A DNA stretch of 64,000 bases from a virus. The stretch's first letter is position 1. The number at the start of each line of letters is the position of its first letter. The stretch spans positions 1 to 64,000 of the IMG/VR virus record IMGVR_UViG_3300038429_000225; one strand, written 5' to 3'. The position numbers and the translations under genes are program-made. The notes beneath the pieces are model-generated. The model worked only from the letters and a program-made list of their open reading frames with translations. It made no database searches and was not told the DNA's origin. Positions 56,768 through 64,000 of the stretch are shown one piece after another.

Positions 56768-57174
56768 GTAAAGACGCCCCACGTCAACGAGCGGTAGAAC
56801 TTAGGCAGTTTGCTAAATACTACTGTACCACAAAAGGGCGCGCCGAACACATGTTTAACAACGCCAAGGCTCGCGCGAAAAGACACGGAAAATCGTGTAA
56901 CCTAACGCGCGAGTGGATTAAAAATCAACTAGAGCTGGGAACCTGCGCAGTTACAGGAATCCCCTTTGTGTTTGTTATGAACGGCGGCAAAGGCCACCGA
57001 AACAATCCATTCAGTCCTTCTCTTGATCGGATTCGACAAGAAGGCGGATACACAAAGAAAAACTGCCGCGTTGTATGCTGGATTTACAACCGCGCTAGAG
57101 GTGCCTTTTCTGATAGCGCAATGAATCAGATGTTAGATGCGCTAATAAGGCAAAGGCAAAAAGAGAAAGGATAA
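56713..57174 (+). CDS. HNH-type endonuclease
   Basis: AK.RAK, C.VTG.PF, SPSLDRI....GY...NCR.VC..YN. Confidence 0.8.
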   Translation: MRKQYTRADHRKWRRNRLSKDAPRQRAVELRQFAKYYCTTKGRAEHMFNNAKARAKRHGKSCNLTREWIKNQLELGTCAVTGIPFVFVMNGGKGHRNNPFSPSLDRIRQEGGYTKKNCRVVCWIYNRARGAFSDSAMNQMLDALIRQRQKEKG

Positions 57175-57323
57175 CCCGTGGATAAAGAATCGGCACCCTT
57201 GACATACCCCGGGCCCTGGTGTATCCTGTGCTGTGCAGCTCTGGAAGAAGGGGAAGAAGCGGTCAATTTCTGCACTCTGTGTGAACAGGACATGCTCCTG
57301 TGCATCTTGAAGGAGGAAATGCA

Positions 57324-58317
57324 ATGAAGACGTTTGTAGCGCGCTGTAGTTTCACAGATCGGCGCCAAGGTCCTGGCACGGGCCGCACCATAGAAGTACA
57401 GGCCACGAGTGTCCCTAGCGCCGTGGGTAGGGCTGGCCGGCAGTTCTGGGCCTCTCTAAGCCGCAAGGAACGATGGGACGCATCCCACTCAGGCCTCAAC
57501 GTCACAGTGACAGAGCGAAAGGAACATCATGAAGTGGATTGAAGCCAACGACGATAAATGTTTCTTTTGCAAAGGACCAGACCCCGGTTACTCGTACAAC
57601 GATGATCAGGGAATCGAGCGCGCGGCCTGCTGGAAGTGTGCCAAGAAGCACGCCAAAGAAAAGACAGAAAGTCAACCGAAGGAGTCCACATGAAAACTAC
57701 CAACACCAACCCCTCGGTGGTTTGCGCGGCTTGCGTAAAGCCATTGACAACACTCAAGGAACAGGTTAGAATAGGTCGGTATATCTATTGCGCCGGCTGC
57801 GCAGGGAGGAAGTCGTGAACAACATGCCGGAAGAACTCAGGATGATGGCCGAAGCCCTGATTCATTCAGCTACCAAGCACGGGTTTGCGTTTGTAGGAAC
57901 GCTCTTCAAGGACGACGAAACTGCCCCCGTCATCGCAGTGATCAGAAACACGAAAGAGAAGAACCCCGCCGAGGTGTTTCGGGCTATTGCAAACATCATA
58001 GACGACAAGGTTACGGCGGGTGAAGTTGTAGAGCATAGGGTTAGTCCGTTAGCTTAAGGAGAAGAAAGATGAGAATTAGAATTCGAAAGTCTCAAAATTG
58101 TCACGGCCGAGTGAAAATTTATGCCAATGTCATCCGTCAGGACGGGGCTTCGCGTCACACAGTTGTTAGGCTACGCACCAAAGGTATGAAGCGTTGGCTT
58201 TGCGACTGCGAAAACTTCCTGTTCAACAAGGCAGGCAAGCGCCGTCACTGTCGTCACCTTCGTGCCGCTAAACTCAAGGCTATGAAGCAGTTCCATATGA
58301 AGTGGGCCAGTCTGTAG
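57324..58317 (+). CDS. Short early genes, including a SWIM zinc-finger protein (58069..58317)
   Basis: WLCDC..F......HCRH in the last ORF. The others are hypothetical. Confidence 0.55.
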
Positions 58318-58324
58318 AAAGGGC

Positions 58325-58353
58325 TTGACAGCCCTTCGGGCCTGTGGTACAGT
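58325..58353 (+). promoter_or_regulatory. sigma70 promoter candidate
   Basis: TTGACA-17-TACAGT. Confidence 0.65.
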
Positions 58354-58389
58354 CTTAGTTGTAGGCAGTACAAATTCACTGGAGGAAAG

Positions 58390-59757
58390 ATGGCAACATT
58401 CAAACTGAAAGACGTAAAGCCAAATCCGTTTCGTCGTACCGAGAAGTACCCGCTGATTGCTGGAAAGGTGGAGTTCCTCAAAACGTCCATCGAAAACACG
58501 GACTTTTGGGAGAACATCATTGGTCGTGAAGTTGATGGAAAGTTGGAAATTGCTTACGGTCATCATCGTCTCGAAGCGCTGAAAGCCCTTTATCCACCTA
58601 CGAAAGAGTTTGATTGGCGCGTCAAGAAACTCTCTGATGCCAAGATGATTCAAATCATGGCTGCAGAAAACGACGATGCCTACTCCTGCGACCCCCGCGC
58701 CCTCATCGAATCCGTCCGCGCCACCATCCAAGCCTACGCCAAAGGTTTAATCACACCGGATGAAATGCCAGCCCCCTCAAAGGACACGTCAAACACGAAG
58801 CTGCGATTCGCTCCTTCTTTTATTGCAGGCTCAGAACGGTCCTGCGGCGAACAGGACCGTCCGTACACAGCAACAAGTCTTGCTAAGTTTCTTGGCTTGC
58901 TGCAGGGCAATAAGCGCGACGGCGAACAAGCCGCCACCCGCCTGCTTACCGTCCTCAACGCCTTGGAACTAAACGAGTTAGGCTTCCTTTCGGATGCCAT
59001 CTTGGCCAACTGCACGACGATCAACAGCCTGGAAGCCTCGATGCGCCAGAAAGACCCCCTGGACGTAGACGTTCGGTCGGCAATCGAGAAGCGGGACATC
59101 AAGCGCGCTATGGATGCGCGGAAAGCCCGAGAGAAAGAGGAAGCGGAAAGGGCCCGCGTTCGCCAGGAAGAGGAACGCCGCAAGGCCGCGGAAGCCCGTA
59201 AGAAGGCTGAGGAAGCCCAGAAGCTAGCCGAGCACGAAGCAGCCCAAGAAAAGGCGCAGAAGAAGGCCGAAGAGGAAGCCAAGCGCAAGGAGCAGGAAGC
59301 CGAACACGCAAAGGCAGAAGCCAAGAAAAAGCAAGACGAGGTCTTCCAAAAGGCTGCGTTAGCAGCCAAGAAGAAGGCCGAGGAAGCTCGCGAGAAAGCT
59401 CAACAGGAAGAGAAAAAGCGCAAGCAAGCCGAGGCTGATCGCAAGGCGGCAGATGAGGAAGCCGAGCGTGCTGAGAAGGCCGCGCAAAAGGCCAAGGAAG
59501 AGAACGAGCGCAAGAAAAAAGCAGCCGAGGATTTTGAGCGGCAGAAAGAAAAAGGATACAACGAAAAGCGCGAGCAAGAAAAAAAGGAAGAGAAAAAGGC
59601 CGAACGAATCCAAGGCTTGAAGATTCTCATCGTCAAGACCGGATACAAAACCCTATCTGTTCCTATGCATCCTGAAAATGGCGGAACCAAGGAAAGTTTT
59701 ACAGAACTTGGCGAAGCCCGCAATCTTCTGCTGGAACTTCTTAAGGAGGAAAACTGA
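58390..59757 (+). CDS. ParB/Srx N-terminal domain fused to a long E/K/A-rich coiled coil
   Basis: PNPFR, L..SI...., IAYGHHRL.A, EN, then about 170 aa of charged helix. Confidence 0.8.
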   Translation: MATFKLKDVKPNPFRRTEKYPLIAGKVEFLKTSIENTDFWENIIGREVDGKLEIAYGHHRLEALKALYPPTKEFDWRVKKLSDAKMIQIMAAENDDAYSCDPRALIESVRATIQAYAKGLITPDEMPAPSKDTSNTKLRFAPSFIAGSERSCGEQDRPYTATSLAKFLGLLQGNKRDGEQAATRLLTVLNALELNELGFLSDAILANCTTINSLEASMRQKDPLDVDVRSAIEKRDIKRAMDARKAREKEEAERARVRQEEERRKAAEARKKAEEAQKLAEHEAAQEKAQKKAEEEAKRKEQEAEHAKAEAKKKQDEVFQKAALAAKKKAEEAREKAQQEEKKRKQAEADRKAADEEAERAEKAAQKAKEENERKKKAAEDFERQKEKGYNEKREQEKKEEKKAERIQGLKILIVKTGYKTLSVPMHPENGGTKESFTELGEARNLLLELLKEEN

Positions 59758-61376
59758 TGAATTACAACACGTTCGATACCACCACCGGCCCGCAGTTGAT
59801 TGCCTTGGATAGGCAAGACGATGACTTCACGTACACAAGCCCTAAAGTTGTAGATGCGGAGCCCGACCGTTTTGTACCCTATAACTTCGTGATTGAGAAA
59901 CGCGGCTTGGTCGAAGAGAATGAATGCACGTATCAACGCTACGCGCGTATTCCAACCGAACCTACTAAACAAGAACTGGAGGGATAATGAACGTTAGCGA
60001 TGATGCCAACCAGGAAGCCATTCGCAAACAAGAAACACGCGAAGACGTTAGTAACGAGACGCTCAGCAGCGAAGCCTTAGTAGACTTCGAAGCCTATCAG
60101 ATAGGCTTTCGCCGGTTGCGGCCTCGCATCGAAGAGATGCAAAAACGCTTCAAAACTCTGCCGAAGGGTAGCAAAGTAGGGGGCGCTCCACAAATGATTG
60201 AGGGCTGCACTACCTTCAAGCAGTGGTGTGAGGAAATTCTCGGTAAGCCTGTGGGCGTTGTTTACTTTCTGTTAAGAGGCGGCCCGAAAGAAAAAGAGTC
60301 CGCCCCAACGGAACCTTCAAACGAACTGATGTATTTGAAGTTCAACAAAGACGAGCGAAAAGCCTTGTGGACTCTTTTCGCAACGCATCTTAGTTCTGAC
60401 GCCACCAAGAAAGACAAGGAAGAGCTCCTTCACACTCTGTTTGCAGAAATGTTAAACACGATTGTACCAAAAGGGGAAGGTGCATGAATAGCACAAAAAT
60501 TCAAGAAGAGATAGTGGATCTTGAAAAGCAATTAGAAGAGATTCCAGCGCCGCAGAAATACAAGCACCCTCTGTTTCGGCGGCTTGTAGCGTTATGGAAT
60601 CTGCTTCATCCAGAGGCACGAACATTGTGTGAATCGGAGGATAAATGAGCAGAGAAGACACCACCAACAAGAAAGGCAAGCCCCACCGCGATCGCAAGAA
60701 CCCGCACGCGGCCGAGGAGTTCCAGAAGCAGAGACACGAGCACAATGTAGCGCGCGGTAAGCAAGTGTTCGATGTCGAGACGAAAACTTACGGCCGGGAG
60801 GCAAACTAATGGCGATGCAAGTGTTGACAATGGCAGACAAGGCGCAGCGCGACGAGCTGTTTGACAAGCTGCGTACGTCAGATGATCCGCTGGAACGCCA
60901 GGTCACGAAGTTTTCGGGCGTTCGGCAGATCACGGAAACCGACCCTGAAACGGGTGCAGACGTACCCAAAATAGTTACACTACCTAATTACGCGGGACGG
61001 ACCTGTCTCAAGCCCCGCAACTACCGTTTTAAGACAGTCTACGAATCGACGTGGTCGGTGGCTTACCCATGTCTGTAGACACAAAACTAAAGATCGCCGG
61101 CCTCATCCTGGGGGCCGGCCTGGTCTTCTACTGGCTCGCAGGATGGAGGCTTTCTTGACGCCGCAAGAACTAGCAGCGCTGCCGAAGGGCACGCGTGTTA
61201 AATTTGATCTAAACCCAGACGAAGGCTTTGATTACGGCACCGTCGTTCAAGCGGGCTCAGTTGTCCAGATTACCTGGGATGAAGACAGCGTGACAAGCAT
61301 CATTGACACCAAACGTGGAACCTGGGAAAATTTTATTGTGGATATTTTGCTTGACACGCCACCCGAAAGTGTGTAG
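59757..61376 (+). CDS. Hypothetical genes (59757..59987, 59987..60487, 60809..61078, 61143..61376)
   Basis: ORF track, several translationally coupled. Confidence 0.5.
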
Positions 61377-61379
61377 TAT
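61351..61379 (+). promoter_or_regulatory. sigma70 promoter for the tRNA
   Basis: TTGACA-17-TAGTAT, with the tRNA 5' G 7 nt downstream. Confidence 0.7.
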
Positions 61380-61385
61380 CAGGGC

Positions 61386-61460
61386 GTGGCCCAAGCCAAA
61401 CGGTGCGGCGCCTGACTGTGGCTCAGGTTCTACCGGGTTCGACTCCCGGGGGTCACTCCA
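61386..61460 (+). tRNA. Divergent tRNA-His(GTG) with encoded CCA
   Basis: Acceptor GTGGCCC/GGGTCAC, D stem GCC/GGC, anticodon arm CCTGA-CTGTGGC-TCAGG, T arm CCGGG-TTCGACT-CCCGG, then TCCA. Confidence 0.8.
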
Positions 61461-61695
61461 GTTTTGGAGGAAGAATGATCACGTTGTTTGGTAAAAGATC
61501 ACTGACATTGATTGAGCGGCTGTTTCCGCCTCAGCTTGGCAGGATTGACGGCGTCTTCGTTGAAGACTCGGAGTCCAAGGAGCAAGGCTGGGCCGGCAAT
61601 GTGCAAGAGAAGCCATATCGCGACGGCATCGACCGAACATTCAAAGAGGGACTAGCATGAAACGCTACTCAACTGTCCGTGCCATAAATAAAGCT

Positions 61696-61724
61696 TGACA
61701 CAGGCCCTGTAGTTTGGTATTCTA
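61696..61724 (+). promoter_or_regulatory. sigma70 promoter candidate
   Basis: TTGACA-17-TATTCT. Confidence 0.65.
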
Positions 61725-61743
61725 AATTTGAAAGAGAGGCTTC

Positions 61744-62154
61744 ATGAAAGTGATGTTTGCAGTTTTAGTCTTAGCTCTAGCGACGTTGTTCACGGCAGCC
61801 AAGCCAGCGAGTGCAGCCACCACAGCCGGTGAATTGCAATCGTACTGCAAGACTGCCGAAGAGAATCACGCCAAAGGGACTTTGACAACCGAGAACGGTT
61901 ATTGCATCGGTTACGTTTCCGGCTTTTTCGATCTGGTCAGCCAAGGCACAATTTTCCGAATCAAAGGAAAATTTTATGGTTTGATAATCGTTAAAGAAAC
62001 CACCACAGGGAATGCGGTTATCATCTTTGCGAAGTACATGACAACTCATTCGGAAAATCCTAACGAAGACGCAACCGGCGCTTTGCTTGATGCGCTTTAT
62101 GAGGCTAAGATACTGGCCGTTGTTCCCGTTGCGGAGAACAGTCAGGTACAATGA
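61744..62154 (+). CDS. Secreted Rap1a/Tai-like protein
   Basis: Signal peptide, T.GEL..YC...YC.GY.SG..D, and Y...H.E...E.A...L..AL. Confidence 0.6.
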   Translation: MKVMFAVLVLALATLFTAAKPASAATTAGELQSYCKTAEENHAKGTLTTENGYCIGYVSGFFDLVSQGTIFRIKGKFYGLIIVKETTTGNAVIIFAKYMTTHSENPNEDATGALLDALYEAKILAVVPVAENSQVQ

Positions 62155-62450
62155 AACTCGAGTGGAGAAAAATTGCCGTCATCGGTGCAATCGTCTTAGC
62201 TGCGGAAGCCATCGGGCTGGCCGCTACGCGAAAGAAGGATGCACCCAAGCCATACAAGGCGCTTGTACATTGCGACAAGTGCTGCGCCATGGTGAAGCTA
62301 CGAATGGTTCGAATGTGGGTTCATCATCTGGTCGAGGCCCACGGTGTTCCTAATGAGGACGTCGAAGCAACCATTCGTTGGGTGTTCGGGAAAAGCTGAT
62401 TCAGTAGTTTCTCAATGGAAGCCTGGAGCAGGGCTTCCGTGGAGGTACTA

Positions 62451-63017
62451 ATGAAAACGACCATCGTAGCAGCATCCTTGCTGATGATTCTATCAGCCCT
62501 GGCCGGTTCCATAGTACGTTATGGAGAACCCGACGCGCCAAAACCTATCTCAGTGCGGATCTTAGCTGAGAAGGATATCAAGGAAGGATTCAAGCATGAC
62601 CAAAAAAGAAAGCAGATACAGCGCAGTATTAAAATCGCGAGACTCGTTTATCGACAGCTTGGCTGCCGCCCGACTTACGCGGAAGCAACGGGAAGAATTG
62701 CTGTTGAGTACAATCTCCCTGCTCGTTTACTTGCAGCGGTTGTTTTTGTCGAGTCGTCATGCAACCCGAACGCGGTCTCCGATCGCTACTCAGTTGGGCT
62801 TACGCAAGTCAACCCAAAATATCACCGCTACACTCGCGCGGAGCTCAAAGACCCGCAACGTAATCTCGAGATCGGTGCCAGCATACTTTCGACATACATT
62901 AGGCGATATGGTTTAATCGAAGGCCTTCACGCATACAACGGCTTTGGCAATCCGACGGATGAATACTCCACGAAGGTTTTAACGGCAGCGGGAATCAAGA
63001 TTGAGGCGAAAGGATGA
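62451..63017 (+). CDS. Lytic transglycosylase (SLT domain) with N-terminal anchor
   Basis: L.A.V.VESS.NP.A.S...GL.Q.N...L.DP..N...GA..L, AYNG. Confidence 0.88.
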   Translation: MKTTIVAASLLMILSALAGSIVRYGEPDAPKPISVRILAEKDIKEGFKHDQKRKQIQRSIKIARLVYRQLGCRPTYAEATGRIAVEYNLPARLLAAVVFVESSCNPNAVSDRYSVGLTQVNPKYHRYTRAELKDPQRNLEIGASILSTYIRRYGLIEGLHAYNGFGNPTDEYSTKVLTAAGIKIEAKG

Positions 63018-63141
63018 ACCGTAAATACATCGGCATTATGTGGGCGATCCTAGCTCTCGTGCTTACGATTGTCTGCGTGAAGCAGCGGGAGACGATCGAG
63101 AAGCAGACACAGCTTATTCGAACCCTATGGCGGGATTGTCA

Positions 63142-64000
63142 ATGAGAATTATTTGGCGTAACGAACGATTCGAGATGGAAGGTGAGGATACTTATGCTGC
63201 GCGCGAAATACTCAAACAACACGGCTTCTGGTGGGACCGGGAAAAGAAAGCATGGTATCTTGTCGCCGGCGCACGTCTGTCCGGTCTTCGGGGACTTCTA
63301 CAGTGTACCATCTCGTCGGAAGCGTACAAGCACTACCAAGAAGCCGCGAGTATTGCACAAAAAGCCATAGAGGCATCGAGGGCGACGGACGCAGAGATCA
63401 AGATTCCGTGTCCTCCAGGCTGTGAGTTTCTCCCGTTCCAACGCGCCGGGATAGCGTATGCCATTAACCACAAGGACACGTTGTTCGGAGATGAAATGGG
63501 GCTTGGGAAAAGTATAGAAGCAGTGGGGGTTGTCAATGCCGATCCTTGTGCTCGAACGATTCTTATTATTTGTCCTGCGACTCTCAAGCTTAACTGGAGG
63601 AACGAATGGATGAAGTGGGACATTAAAGGGCTTGAAGTTGAAATTATCAAGCCAGACACTAAAAAGTTTCCTGACACTTCGGTGGTCATTTTGAATTATG
63701 AATTACTTCCTAAGTGGCAGAAAGAACTTCGGCAGCACGAGTGGTCAGTGATGATTGTTGATGAGGTCCACTATGTAAAGAATCCCTCAACGACCCGGGC
63801 CCAGGAGATATTCGGTCGAAAGCGCGCGGTCAACAAAGAGAAGCCCGATGGTTCAATCATTAAGTGCGAGCAACTCGATCCCATTCCTGCGAAGCGCCGA
63901 CTGTTCCTTACCGGGACACCAATCCTCAATCGTCCGATCGAACTCTGGCCCATCATTAAGGCTTTGGCTCCGAAGTTTGAAAAAGACAAACGAGCTTTCG
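63142..64000 (+). CDS. SNF2-family helicase, partial (runs off the window; absent from the ORF track)
   Basis: Open frame from ATG 63142: PFQRAGI, GDEMGLGKS, ICPATLKLNW, NYE, DEVHYVKN, LTGTPILNRP.ELW. Confidence 0.92.
   Translation, partial: MRIIWRNERFEMEGEDTYAAREILKQHGFWWDREKKAWYLVAGARLSGLRGLLQCTISSEAYKHYQEAASIAQKAIEASRATDAEIKIPCPPGCEFLPFQRAGIAYAINHKDTLFGDEMGLGKSIEAVGVVNADPCARTILIICPATLKLNWRNEWMKWDIKGLEVEIIKPDTKKFPDTSVVILNYELLPKWQKELRQHEWSVMIVDEVHYVKNPSTTRAQEIFGRKRAVNKEKPDGSIIKCEQLDPIPAKRRLFLTGTPILNRPIELWPIIKALAPKFEKDKRAF

Overview
The window is a 64-kb stretch of a tailed dsDNA phage genome with two divergent arms. The minus arm (1-47.1 kb) holds, from left to right: virion and packaging genes (tail/connector proteins, N4-gp56-like major capsid, scaffold, P22-like portal, TerL); lysis genes (holin candidate, GH108 endolysin); a single-module Clp ATPase; recombination/replication genes (PD-(D/E)XK nuclease, UvrD, annealing protein, PolA, prim-pol, DnaQ); a ClpP; nucleotide enzymes; and an ~8.3-kb glycan cluster (7 glycosyltransferases, UDP-galactopyranose mutase, 2 methyltransferases, a PQ-loop transporter). 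A ~2.6-kb mostly non-coding control/origin region follows. The plus arm holds small early-type genes, a TnpB-only IS200/IS605 element, GP88, a ParB-coiled-coil protein, a divergent tRNA-His, an SLT and a partial SNF2 helicase. Main observations: (1) the capsid gene is split by two group I introns, each encoding a LAGLIDADG nuclease, with splice sites deducible to the base; (2) the glycan cluster uses protein-glycosylation-like enzyme families; (3) the TnpB right end is duplicated, giving two possible guides; (4) a 28-bp promoter-like motif occurs four times; (5) hairpin-loop/Shine-Dalgarno pseudoknots sit ahead of two free-standing homing endonucleases; (6) a stand-alone copy of the primase C-terminal winged helix lies beside an iteron array. 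All calls are by eye from motifs and base pairing. No database search or folding program was run.
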